Part shown: positions 21,101 through 28,868 of the stretch, piece after piece | Position numbering within the stretch: the stretch's first letter is position 1 | Layout of the letters: the number at the start of each line of letters is the position of its first letter | Source of the DNA: Candidatus Roslinia caecavium | GTDB taxonomy: Bacteria > Bacillota > Clostridia > Monoglobales > Monoglobaceae | DNA length: 64,000 nt | Direction of reading: 5' to 3' | NCBI GenBank assembly: GCA_904419955.1 | Contig: CAJFTO010000009.1 | Span: 4,298 to 68,297, forward strand | Position numbers and translations under genes: made by a program | Notes under the pieces: generated by a model | The model's database searches: none | What the model saw: the letters and a program-made list of their open reading frames with translations, nothing else | Told to the model about the DNA's origin: nothing

Positions 21101-21337
21101 TTCCGCCGTCTCTTCGGTTCCCGAGGCCTCGCCGGAATCAGTTTGCGCCGCGGTCGTATCCTGCGGCGTAGCGTTCGCCGCCGCGGTTTGATCGTCTGAT
21201 GCGGTTTCGGTCTCAGACTCTTCTAAAACGTATGCGCTCGCCGTAGTTTCGTCGTCCGCGTACGCCAGCGTCGCCGGCAGAGTTGAGATAAGCATGACGC
21301 CCGCTGTGAATACTGATATGATTTTTCGCGTATTCAT
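15182..21337 (-). CDS. giant secreted GH3 beta-glycosidase with CBM-like and Big_2-like modules and a C-terminal rhodanese domain
   Basis: 2051 aa. Signal peptide MNTRKIISVFTAGVMLISTLPATLAYA, with AAGGAGG before the ATG. GH3 motifs WREAIHGVAR and GFVVGDCGAW, fibronectin-like FGYGSSYTTF. The last ~100 aa read LVDLRSAEEF..IIVYCASGTRSAKA..YNAGGI. Confidence 0.85.
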   Translation of the reverse strand: MNTRKIISVFTAGVMLISTLPATLAYADDETTASAYVLEESETETASDDQTAAANATPQDTTAAQTDSGEASGTEETAELSDDLLPYQDTSLSFEERAADLVARMTLEEKAAQTAAKGAPAIPRLGVHSYYYWREAIHGVARQGGATSFPSSLAMSNSWDRDLIFETMDITSTEARGKNNRYDLNYWNPTINMARDPRWGRNEESYGEDPYLTSELGSQAVRGMQGTDEKYLKTISTLKHYAANNCEGERQSGTSIMNESTMREYYSRAFKDIVESADPGAVMTSYNGTTIYRNGEILTSSTGQAIDYIASSANSYLVNDLLRRTYGFDGFVVGDCGAWDNLFGQQPIRQKLYPNETLENITAPMTVSKAIEAGSSLDCNSGGSGTAQVATAVEQGLISEDMLDIAVYELFLQRFKTGEFDDGATYQDIDSDVIESDEHVAKAEEAAEKSWVLLENDGTLPLSKDDTLDIAVVGNLAGEVVLGDYSADMDEMTSELTSPIDGIKSAFPNANVQYIGNVDESTPLFNIKSITLVKSTGKNETLDLSQAENLIGMTESDGQLNDITSAGLAIIPDVDFSNVTDIQIEASSMPGMPNVTVSIGYGSASQNVANVEIADTSGQDDYQVNTGVYNGATGGYTEVRDMYITITANTDFSVENYKSSLDNADYIIAYGGTNKADSGESNDRESIDLPDSQSHVQQLCDAYPQKTVVVLQTVGQVNVEGFKDKCAALLWTSYNGQTQGRALGYILNGTVNPSGKLSTTWYTSEDLDKMPIGTSRQNIDGINYNFTSYELTEDINNPDAEYPGRTYQYYKGTPVYPFGYGSSYTTFEYSNISVSQKSADANDAITITADVKNTGSVAGTEVAQLYISVPGADGDNLPLKQLKGFERVELQPQETKTVSFDLDISDVYFFDEATQKNYVISGEYTAYVAGSSDIANANSVTFSVSGDIADTLKSAYAIPSGIKLYIATDKTGTHENEPGNYIDAGVSVTLKNDAVVTDFAANGVMVSYGSSDNNVATVDENGVVRAGTSEGVATITVTASKAGSESVTTTFPVVTQKKERMSDETKNGYLAELDAAFANCPEIAYTAENWKLLEDTYNSAREFVENAVLEDGVALQVEAAIEEISSIERIALEESYSIASTNSYAIVDNRIEYSPSGIGTYTATETTIDGTITVDNPAIIDLTALNEGAPVDSQLIWSVERLDGSGRRNAEIDINTGRLTLYENGVFKITASDYPNEKSGSIVVYANLQIEGESADDGGGADLEDEKSGASGGLNAGNSKDYWLRFDGVKLDKLTDIVFRISKNSGSSVINVSLLPNSDWIFATVEAPATGSWSNWTEVKTDVNRNELDKLTLDENGCGTIYVQTNAANLDFMKLNYNTSDLDAVCLEDGEIKVTSPYDSGILASAVYDENGTMTNYETQEMNAETDSYTFGGFSEGDSVKLFAWENNESIAPLDDAVSITYREPTVKELTVYNFSDPVFDSFFNSPKGQSLSSGIGMDGYGGWNTDKGGSYTYNGRTYTFTRSLKGGRGEDNALKVYFTPDSDGVVTAIFNASSDRFMAIEQDGEVVEKYGNGEISIVQANVKAGSPVYVYGGGSNKLLYGVLFEANAEVEITTPSPTVEPTPTATPEPLPEIITEFNIQFENFQNKWGGANTASGATGSIVENTRDGDVFYFGEQTMDGLVAIDVNAAIRDDAGTATVTLYAVDMDGVNVGSASESQINALLTDENRLGSVNLIATEGSWSTYYDHRIRINSSGRKGLFAKLNTTGKYCGNFDFMHLMYTRADGSTASAAEDPSELTAENANAKVSVVGDTISVINKSDSSESKLSYNETYGKNVTFKKLVNWNGIIAGLVEDNETGATQIITSPAGTVWMDATPTDFAEADVETSDFIINDMLVSGDQMYLGCDGGLLITMPICTKCATLKQVCDFDITELEESNGVLYLYGDSEQAQIDLSEARQSEISPETALELSSSGEAVLVDLRSAEEFSANGIAGAVNVPSDGFANWLKTQSPDETIIVYCASGTRSAKAVDTASELGYLNVYNAGGIDNLI

Positions 21338-21408
21338 TTTGTTCCTCCTTTTATATGAAAATTTAATTTATTTTATACTTGAACTATAGCGCTTTATAAG
21401 TTATAATA

Positions 21409-21442
21409 AAAGTCATAAAATGTGTTTTATTAGACAAAATGT
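21409..21442. promoter_or_regulatory. 34-nt conserved upstream box, copy 2
   Basis: aaagtcataaaatgtgttttattagacaaaatgt. Located between the GH3 gene start and the divergent AraC gene. Confidence 0.4.
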
Positions 21443-21458
21443 AGACTTTTAGGAGGCG

Positions 21459-22262
21459 ATGGTTTTGCTGCCTAAATATGAGATCAGAAAAACGGACCTT
21501 ACCGTAAAACATAACAATTACGAGCTCGATTTCCCCGAGCATATGCACAGATATATAGAAATTGTATACGTATACAACGGCGTTCAGCATGTAAAGATTG
21601 AGGATAGACCATATACCGTAAACCGGGGCTCTGCCGTAGTGGTGTTTCCCGAGACGGTGCATTCGTTCTTTAGTCTGGAAAAAAAGGATTCGGAAGTTTT
21701 GATACTGATGATAGAGCCTAAACTGTTTGGAAGACTGTTCCCGGATCTGGGTAATTTTAAGCCTCAGACGCCGGTGATAACCTCCGAGCAGATAGGGGAA
21801 GGGTTCAGATGCGCGCTTAATTGCATAGATCCGGACGATTCGTTTGAGATAAGATTTTCCTGGGCGTGCGTGATCATGTCGTATATTTTGGATACGCTGA
21901 AACTCGAGCAGACTTCGAGTCTGCCGGTAAAGGATATAACCTCGAAGATAGTTAAATACGTTGAAGAGAACTTTACAGAGCCGATCACAAGAGCCTCGCT
22001 CGCTAAGTATTTTAATGTGAGCGAATGTTATATATCCGAGATATTCAGCAAGAAATTCAAAATGAATCTAAGGAACTACTTGGGGCTTATAAGAGCCGAA
22101 TACGCGGCTAATCTCATACGAACGACCAACGAGACGTTTACCGTGATAAGCCAGCTTTCCGGGTTTGAGACTCAGCGAACGTTTAACAGGATGTTCAAGG
22201 CCGCGTACGGAATGACGCCGCAGGAGTATAAGCATAACGTCAATAAATTTATTAAGGAATGA
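21459..22262 (+). CDS. AraC-family transcriptional regulator (cupin sensor plus HTH)
   Basis: 267 aa. The C-terminal AraC HTH runs LAKYFNVSECYISEIFSKKF..RTFNRMFKAAYGMTPQEY. The start may instead be TTG 21465, which has better RBS spacing. Confidence 0.85.
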   Translation: MVLLPKYEIRKTDLTVKHNNYELDFPEHMHRYIEIVYVYNGVQHVKIEDRPYTVNRGSAVVVFPETVHSFFSLEKKDSEVLILMIEPKLFGRLFPDLGNFKPQTPVITSEQIGEGFRCALNCIDPDDSFEIRFSWACVIMSYILDTLKLEQTSSLPVKDITSKIVKYVEENFTEPITRASLAKYFNVSECYISEIFSKKFKMNLRNYLGLIRAEYAANLIRTTNETFTVISQLSGFETQRTFNRMFKAAYGMTPQEYKHNVNKFIKE

Positions 22263-22308
22263 GAAGCGCGCGGATATTGGCGCGGCTTTCGCAGGCAAGC
22301 GTCTTAGC

Positions 22309-22337
22309 TTGACACAATCTCGGATTAAGGTTATAAT
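22309..22337 (+). promoter_or_regulatory. consensus sigma-A promoter for the citrate synthase gene
   Basis: TTGACA (22309-22314), 17-nt spacer, TATAAT (22332-22337). Confidence 0.6.
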
Positions 22338-22405
22338 ATTCATATGATAATAGTCTGTAATCGTAAGTACAGAGTGTAATGATATAAAGAAATGGAGTGT
22401 TGGAA

Positions 22406-23857
22406 ATGCCGAATTTTGATAAGGATAAAAGCAAGATCAATATTGACAGATATATCGATCTGATAAGAAGCCAGAACTCGACATGGAATAGAATACCAGC
22501 GCATTATTATTCCGAATATAACGTCAAACGCGGACTTAGAAACTCGGACGGCACGGGAGTGTTGGCGGGCTTGACTTCTATAGGCGAGGTTCACGGTTAT
22601 GTTATCGACGAGGGGAATAAGTCGCCGGTCGAAGGTAAACTCAGATACCGCGGTATAGATATAGAGGACATCGTCGCGCATTGTATGGCGGAGCATAGAT
22701 ATGGTTTTGAAGAAGTTACGTTTTTATTGCTTTTTGGATTTTTGCCTACAAGAGAGCTGCTCGATACGTTTACCTCTCAGCTCGCGGATATGCGAAATCT
22801 GCCGTTCGAGTTTACGGAGGATATGATCTTAAAAGCGCCCGGCAAAAATGTAATGAACAAGCTGGGAAGAGCCGTATTGGCGCTCTATTCGTACGACGAT
22901 AATCCGGACGATATATCGATCCCGAATCTGATCAGGCAGAGCTTGGAACTGATAGCGAGGTTCCCGGTTTTGATCGCGAATTCGTATGCTTGTAAGCGGC
23001 ATTATTTCGATAATCAGAGTCTTGTGATACATAATCCCAATCCCGAGTTGTCTATTGCCGAGAACTTTTTGTATATGATCAGAGACGATAATCAGTATAC
23101 CGAGCTTGAAGCGCAGATACTCGATCTTGCGATGATGCTGCAGGCGGAACACGGCGGCGGAAATAACTCGGCGTTTGCGGTTCACGTACTCTCGTCTACC
23201 GGCACGGATACGTATTCGGCTATCGCGGCGGCCGTAGGATCGCTTAAGGGGCCTAAGCACGGCGGAGCGAACGACAAAATGATGTCGCAGATGAGAGAGA
23301 TCAAGGAAAACGTTAAGAATTGGGAAGACGAGGGAGAGGTTCTCGAGTATCTCAAGAAGATCCTTCGTAAGGAAGCCGGAGACGGTAAGGGATTGATCTA
23401 CGGAATGGGGCACGCGGTGTATACGCTTTCGGATCCGCGCGCGGTCATATTGAAAGAACGCGCGGAGTATCTGGCGGAGGAGACCGGTTATTCGGAGGAA
23501 TTTGCGTTATACGATCTGGTAGAGCGTTTGGCGCCGATCGCGTTCAGAGAATTAAAGGGAACTGATAAGCCGATCTGCGCGAACGTTGATTTCTATTCGG
23601 GATTTGTATATCAGATGCTTAAGATCCCTCAGGAGCTGTTTACGCCTATCTTCGCAATGTCGAGGATCGTCGGATGGTGCGCTCACAGAATGGAAGAGAT
23701 CATGACCAGCAATAAGATAATAAGACCCGCGTACAGAAGCGTTGTTAAGAGGATGCCGTACGTGTCGATAGACGACAGGACTATTTTCGGCAAGGACGAG
23801 TTCGCCGCCAGCCTTAAGATAAACGACGACGTTGAAATAAATACGGACGGCGACTAA
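22406..23857 (+). CDS. citrate synthase
   Basis: ATG 22406 has GGAG 8 nt upstream. Citrate synthase signature GMGHAVYTLSDPRA. Confidence 0.85.
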   Translation: MPNFDKDKSKINIDRYIDLIRSQNSTWNRIPAHYYSEYNVKRGLRNSDGTGVLAGLTSIGEVHGYVIDEGNKSPVEGKLRYRGIDIEDIVAHCMAEHRYGFEEVTFLLLFGFLPTRELLDTFTSQLADMRNLPFEFTEDMILKAPGKNVMNKLGRAVLALYSYDDNPDDISIPNLIRQSLELIARFPVLIANSYACKRHYFDNQSLVIHNPNPELSIAENFLYMIRDDNQYTELEAQILDLAMMLQAEHGGGNNSAFAVHVLSSTGTDTYSAIAAAVGSLKGPKHGGANDKMMSQMREIKENVKNWEDEGEVLEYLKKILRKEAGDGKGLIYGMGHAVYTLSDPRAVILKERAEYLAEETGYSEEFALYDLVERLAPIAFRELKGTDKPICANVDFYSGFVYQMLKIPQELFTPIFAMSRIVGWCAHRMEEIMTSNKIIRPAYRSVVKRMPYVSIDDRTIFGKDEFAASLKINDDVEINTDGD

Positions 23858-23884
23858 GACTAAAGTAAGATATAGATTCGATTT

Positions 23885-23928
23885 AAACAGATACGCTGCG
23901 CTTTTGTATTCGTATCTGTTTTTATTTT
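23885..23928 (+). terminator. rho-independent terminator after citrate synthase
   Basis: 11-bp stem aaacagatacg / cgtatctgttt followed by ttttatttt. Confidence 0.8.
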
Positions 23929-24001
23929 ACTGTTGACGTATAAGCAATAATTAGTTACAATTAAAAGGAAAACAACAACAATTTTTAACTGAGGCGGCGT
24001 T

Positions 24002-24658
24002 ATGGAATATAAAAAATATTTCCCGTTTTGGGATAAGCTAAGCGACGAGCAAAAATCGTACTTAAGTGAACGTATACGTATAAAAAAGTTTAAGAGAGGA
24101 GAGCGTATACACGACGCGTCCGACTGCTTAGGCTTTTTGGTCGTCGTATCCGGAAGACTCAGGGCGTACGCTATTTCCGAGGAAGGCAAAGAGCTGACTC
24201 TTTACCGGCTTTTGGAATACGACGCCTGCCTATTCAGCGCCTCGTGCGCGATAAACAATCTGAGCTTCGACGTTATGGTATATGCGGAAACGGATGCGGA
24301 GGCGATCTATATACCTTCCGACGTATATAAACGCTTATTAAACGAGTCGATCGTCGTCGCGAATTATACAAACGAGCTTATGGCGTCGAGACTGTCCGAT
24401 ATAATGCAGGTCATGGATCAGATCGTGAATAAAAGAATGGATTCAAGGATCGCTAATTTTCTTTTGGAGGAGAGCGTTTTGGAGGGAAGCGCTACCCTCA
24501 AACTCACTCACAGTCAAATAGCCAATCACTTGGGAAGCGCGCGAGAAGTGGCGTCGAGGATATTGAAACTGTTTGAAGGCGACGGGATGATAGAGCTTGG
24601 CAGAGGCGAGATCAGGATATCGAACGCGGACGCTTTGCGGAAGATCGCCGCGAACTGA
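24002..24658 (+). CDS. Crp/Fnr-family transcriptional regulator
   Basis: 218 aa. N-terminal cNMP-binding-like fold and C-terminal HTH (THSQIANHLGSAREVASRILK). Confidence 0.8.
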   Translation: MEYKKYFPFWDKLSDEQKSYLSERIRIKKFKRGERIHDASDCLGFLVVVSGRLRAYAISEEGKELTLYRLLEYDACLFSASCAINNLSFDVMVYAETDAEAIYIPSDVYKRLLNESIVVANYTNELMASRLSDIMQVMDQIVNKRMDSRIANFLLEESVLEGSATLKLTHSQIANHLGSAREVASRILKLFEGDGMIELGRGEIRISNADALRKIAAN

Positions 24659-24818
24659 GGGATCCGAAGAGATTAGTCATGAGGGAATCAGAACGGTTTG
24701 CGTGTGATAAAGTTACAGTATAGGCTCTCTTTTTTAGATATAATATTACCGTATTAATTTTAAGAAATAAAAACGCTTGTTAATAATAACAAAGAAATAT
24801 TATAGGAGGTATTTTAAA

Positions 24819-25124
24819 ATGAGCAGTATAAAAATAACAAAGGACAATTTTGAAACCGAGGTAAGAAAAGCGCCGGGAACGGTTTTGGTGGATTTTTGGG
24901 CTGAGTGGTGTATGCCCTGCAAAATGCTGGCGCCTATCGTAGAACAAGTGGCGGAGGAGAATCCGAATATCAAGGTAGGAAAGATCAACGTCGACGAGGA
25001 AAAAGAGCTTGCCGCAGAGTTTCAGATAATGAGCATACCGACTCTTATCGTGTTTAAGGACGGAAAAGCTGTCAAAATATCCTCGGGGCTGAGACCGAAG
25101 GAAGATATTGAAAAGATGCTTTAA
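24819..25124 (+). CDS. trxA: thioredoxin with atypical WCMPC active site
   Basis: ATG 24819 has AGGAGG 9 nt upstream. MSSIKITKDNFETEV..VDFWAEWCMPCKMLAP..PTLIVFKDG. Confidence 0.85.
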   Translation: MSSIKITKDNFETEVRKAPGTVLVDFWAEWCMPCKMLAPIVEQVAEENPNIKVGKINVDEEKELAAEFQIMSIPTLIVFKDGKAVKISSGLRPKEDIEKML

Positions 25125-25163
25125 TAATACGTTCAAAAAATAGCCGAGAAGGAGAAAAAAAGG

Positions 25164-26861
25164 ATGAAGATAGTTATTGTCGGCGGAGTTGCCGGCGGGG
25201 CGACCGCGGCGGCGCGGCTCAGGAGGCTTAGCGAGGACGCGGAGATAATCATACTCGAAAGGAGCGGTTTTGTTTCTTACGCTAACTGCGGTCTGCCGTA
25301 TTATATAGGCGGCGAGATCAAGAGCAGGAGCGCGCTTACGCTTCAGACCCCGGGCGGATTTAAGCAGAGATTCAATATCGACGTTAGAGTTAAAAATGAA
25401 GCGATAGCTATAGACAGAGCGAATAAGACCGTGCGGGTACGCAACTTAAACGACGGGAGCGAGTATACCGAGACCTATGATAAGTTGATACTTTCGCCCG
25501 GAGCCAAGGCGATCGTTCCGGATATCGACGGGATCGCAAGCGACAAGATATTTACGCTGAGAACGGTCGAAAACACTTTTGAGATCGACGATTATATCAA
25601 AAAGAACAGCCCGGAAACGGCGGTCGTAATAGGCGGCGGCTTTATAGGACTTGAAATGGCGGAAAATCTGACCCGCCGCGGTATAAAAGTCAAGCTTATC
25701 CAGCGCACGGAGAGCGTCATGCCGAATCTTGACTACGATATGGCGTGTATGCTTCACGCCGAGCTTTTAAACAACGGCGTAGAGCTTATGCTGAGCAAAA
25801 ACGTGATCGGGTTTGGAAATATACGCGATAAGCTCGAAGTGAGAATAGAGGAGGAGGCGCCGATAGAGACGGAGTTTGCGATACTGGCCGTAGGAGTCGT
25901 TCCCGAGTCGCATCTTGCCGAGGAAGCGGGCCTTGAGCTTGGCATAAAGAAAGCGATAAAAGTTAATTCACATATGCAGACGTCGGATCCCGATATATAC
26001 GCCGTCGGCGACGCGGTCGAAGTTAAGCATTTTGTAACCGGCGACGCGGCGCATATAGCCTTGGCGGGACCGGCTAATAAGCAGGGGAGAATAGCGGCGG
26101 ATCATATAATGGGTCGAAATTCGCAGTTTAACGGTTCGCAGGGGTCGTCGGTGATAAAAGTATTCGGCCTTACTGCGGCGTCGACCGGAATAAACGAGAG
26201 TCAGGCCGAGACCGCTGGGCTTAAGTATGACAGAGTCGTGATATCCTCCGCGTCTCACGCTACCTATTACCCCGGCGCAGAGGAAATGGTATCAAAATTG
26301 ATATTTGAAACTGACACGGGAAGGATCTTGGGAGCGCAGATAGTCGGTTACAGCGGCGTCGATAAGAGGATAGACGTTATCGCGACCGCGATCCGAGCAA
26401 AAATGACGGCTTCCGATTTGGAGGAGCTCGAGCTTGCTTACGCTCCGCCGTACTCGTCGGCAAAGGATCCGGTAAATATGCTGGGATTCGTTGCTGAGAA
26501 CGTGAGGAGCGGACTTGTTAAACAGCATCACTGGTTCGATATGGATAAAATTTATAAGGACGAAAACGCGGTCTTGCTTGATGTGAGAACAGTCGGAGAG
26601 TTTGACCGGGGAAGGTTCAAAGGCGCGGTGAATATACCTCTCGACGGACTGAGGGATAGGCTTGGCGAGTTGGATAAAGAGAAGTTTATTTACGTCAATT
26701 GCCAAAGCGGTCTGAGAAGCTATATAGCGTGCCGTATTTTATCCGAGAACGGATTTAAATGCTCGAACTTTTCCGGTGGATATAAGTTTTATGAAAACGT
26801 ATTGAAAAACGGAGCGCCCGAAAAAGACGCGCCGTATCCGTGCGGATTGCATTTGAAGTAA
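25164..26861 (+). CDS. CoA-disulfide reductase / NAD(P)H persulfide reductase-type flavoprotein fused to a C-terminal rhodanese domain
   Basis: 565 aa. FAD motif VIVGGVAGGATAA, redox Cys in SYANCGLPYY, second dinucleotide fold VVIGGGFIGLE. The C-terminal rhodanese reads LLDVRTVGEF..YVNCQSGLRS. Confidence 0.85.
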   Translation: MKIVIVGGVAGGATAAARLRRLSEDAEIIILERSGFVSYANCGLPYYIGGEIKSRSALTLQTPGGFKQRFNIDVRVKNEAIAIDRANKTVRVRNLNDGSEYTETYDKLILSPGAKAIVPDIDGIASDKIFTLRTVENTFEIDDYIKKNSPETAVVIGGGFIGLEMAENLTRRGIKVKLIQRTESVMPNLDYDMACMLHAELLNNGVELMLSKNVIGFGNIRDKLEVRIEEEAPIETEFAILAVGVVPESHLAEEAGLELGIKKAIKVNSHMQTSDPDIYAVGDAVEVKHFVTGDAAHIALAGPANKQGRIAADHIMGRNSQFNGSQGSSVIKVFGLTAASTGINESQAETAGLKYDRVVISSASHATYYPGAEEMVSKLIFETDTGRILGAQIVGYSGVDKRIDVIATAIRAKMTASDLEELELAYAPPYSSAKDPVNMLGFVAENVRSGLVKQHHWFDMDKIYKDENAVLLDVRTVGEFDRGRFKGAVNIPLDGLRDRLGELDKEKFIYVNCQSGLRSYIACRILSENGFKCSNFSGGYKFYENVLKNGAPEKDAPYPCGLHLK

Positions 26862-26880
26862 AGACGGAAATTATCAAGTA

Positions 26881-26916
26881 AAGCGCGGGAGCCGCATTAC
26901 GCTTCCGCGCTTTTGT
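26881..26916 (+). terminator. terminator after the CoADR-rhodanese gene
   Basis: Stem aagcgcggga / ttccgcgctt followed by a T-rich tail. Confidence 0.6.
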
Positions 26917-26980
26917 TATATATATTCGATTTTTCCGGCCGGTATGCAAGAGATCGAGGTTGGCCCAAACTAAGAAAACA

Positions 26981-27008
26981 TATAAAAAGAGGAGCCGCGG
27001 CTCCTCTT
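26981..27008 (-). terminator. terminator after the CNNM/CorC gene
   Basis: Perfect palindrome aagaggagccg/cggctcctctt. The minus strand is followed by ttttt. Confidence 0.65.
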
Positions 27009-27022
27009 AGTTTCAGTTCGTT

Positions 27023-28372
27023 TTATTTTGATTCTTCGTTTTCTTCCGATTCCTCGGCGGGCTCCACCTTCCATATATCGGCTTCCTCTACGCGGCGGTT
27101 TACGATACGCTTTACATGTACGTGGATACCGAAATCCTCGATATCTAATTCAACGCCGTCGTTAGGGATCGCGCTTAAACAGTAGTAGACCATTCCGTTA
27201 AGCGTGTCGAAATCCAGATCGTCCGGGAATTTTATGTCGAGCATGGACTCTATCTCATCCATAGGCACGCTGCCCGAAGCCTTCCACAAATTTTCGGATA
27301 CCTGTCTGATCTCGGCCGGTTCCGGCTCGTCGAACTCGTCGTATATGTTGCCGACTATCTCTTCGAGTAAGTCTTCAAGAGTTACTATACCGCTGACGTC
27401 GCCGTACTCGTCAACTACTACCGAAAGATGCATTTTTCTCGCCTGCATATCGCGGAAAGCGATAGAAGATCGAACCGTCTCGGGAACAAAATGCGTCGGC
27501 CGAACGAGCATTTCAAGAGACACGTTCTTTCCGGAACTCATAGCTATCAAGAAATCTCTCGCATATAATACGCCGAAAACGTCGTGTATATCCTTATGGT
27601 ATACAGGAAAACGTGAAAGACCGCTGCTCTTTATGAGATCCATTATCTCGTCTTTGCTTGTGTTCACGGCTATCGCGACGACTTCCGATAAATGAGTCAT
27701 ACATTCGCGGACGGTACTGTCTCCGAAATCGAAAACGTTCTCTATCCATTCTTTCTCTTCTTTATCTATAGCTCCGCTTTCTTCGCCGCTTTCGACCATC
27801 ATGCGTATCTCTTCTTCGGTGACGACATCGCCTTCAGCGTCGGTCTTCATCTTTAAAGCTTTGAGCACGGCGTTTGTCGAAACAGAGAGAAACCACACGA
27901 TCGGCTTTGTGATAAGAGCCACGAAAGACACTACTCCGCAGGTTATCCTTGCGACTTGCATCGGCTTTTGCATCGCGATACGTTTTGGCACAAGTTCGCC
28001 GAAAACAAGAGTGAAGTACGATATTATCAGCGTTATTACGATAAGCGCTAAAGTGTTGAGCGCGCCGACCGGAATAGCGGTGAAGTTCAGATCGTCGTGT
28101 ATCCAGCTTACTAAGTAGCCTGAGAAGTTATCCGCCGCGAACGCGCTGCCCAAGAATCCGGACAGGGTTATCGCTATCTGTATCGTAGATAAGAACCTGT
28201 TGGGTTCTTCAACCATTTTTAAGAGCTTTTTGGCTTTTTTGTCGCCTGTTTCGGCGTCCTTCTTCAGCTTAGTCGAATTCAGTGAAATAACCGCGATCTC
28301 CGTCATAGCGAAAAACGCGTTTAGTAATATAAGAACTACTTGCAATAATAATTGCGCAGGTATTTGATTCAA
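27023..28372 (-). CDS. CNNM/HlyC-CorC family transporter (DUF21 membrane domain, CBS pair, CorC_HlyC)
   Basis: 449 aa with a TTG start after GGAGAGG. N-terminal TM helices, a CBS-pair region and a C-terminal transporter-associated domain. Confidence 0.8.
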   Translation of the reverse strand: MNQIPAQLLLQVVLILLNAFFAMTEIAVISLNSTKLKKDAETGDKKAKKLLKMVEEPNRFLSTIQIAITLSGFLGSAFAADNFSGYLVSWIHDDLNFTAIPVGALNTLALIVITLIISYFTLVFGELVPKRIAMQKPMQVARITCGVVSFVALITKPIVWFLSVSTNAVLKALKMKTDAEGDVVTEEEIRMMVESGEESGAIDKEEKEWIENVFDFGDSTVRECMTHLSEVVAIAVNTSKDEIMDLIKSSGLSRFPVYHKDIHDVFGVLYARDFLIAMSSGKNVSLEMLVRPTHFVPETVRSSIAFRDMQARKMHLSVVVDEYGDVSGIVTLEDLLEEIVGNIYDEFDEPEPAEIRQVSENLWKASGSVPMDEIESMLDIKFPDDLDFDTLNGMVYYCLSAIPNDGVELDIEDFGIHVHVKRIVNRRVEEADIWKVEPAEESEENEESK

Positions 28373-28821
28373 TTAAAAACCTCTCCTTAAAATTTTATTT
28401 TTGTTCCGCCAGATTATTTTATCAGATCTTTTGGAAAATAAAGCGAATTGGATCGTCATATCTTAATCATTTTAATTATTGGATATAGCCCAAGCGCTAA
28501 CTACGGTTTTTAATGAAAAAAATTATAGTCCTGTAAAAAACATAGCAAACATAGTCCGTCCAAATAAGCGGAGATAAATTCACTTTAAAATATGTATCCG
28601 CGTAATTTTGATCGGCCGCGTCGCTATCCGAGTCGTCCATAATATTAACGTTTCCTTTCTGTAAAAATTATATTTATTAAATATACAAATTAATTCTATC
28701 AGAAATTTTGTATGCAGTCAAGTGTATTCAATAATAAACTTTACTGAAAATTTGCCATATTGACAATAAAGAGTTGGAATTGTTTGTTGTTTATTCACAA
28801 AAAACGCTGCAATATGAACAA

Positions 28822-28853
28822 TAAAAGCCGGGTTTCGTTTAACGAAACCCGGC
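28822..28853 (-). terminator. rho-independent terminator after glmS
   Basis: gccgggtttcg / cgaaacccggc hairpin. The minus strand is followed by ttttatt. Confidence 0.8.
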
Positions 28854-28868
28854 GCGTTAAGTTAAAAA

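Noticed and set aside
24703-24718. Crp-like half-site pattern TGTGAtaaagtTACAg upstream of the thioredoxin gene.
   Set aside because: The right half-site matches TCACA poorly at the canonical 6-nt spacing. It cannot be supported without a real motif model for this regulator.
28497-28640. 47-codon minus-strand ORF (MDDSDSDAADQNYADTYFKVNLSPLIWTDYVCYVFYRTIIFFIKNRS) upstream of the CNNM transporter gene.
   Set aside because: The RBS is weak, no family is recognisable, and it lies in an AT-rich promoter region. There is not enough support to call it.
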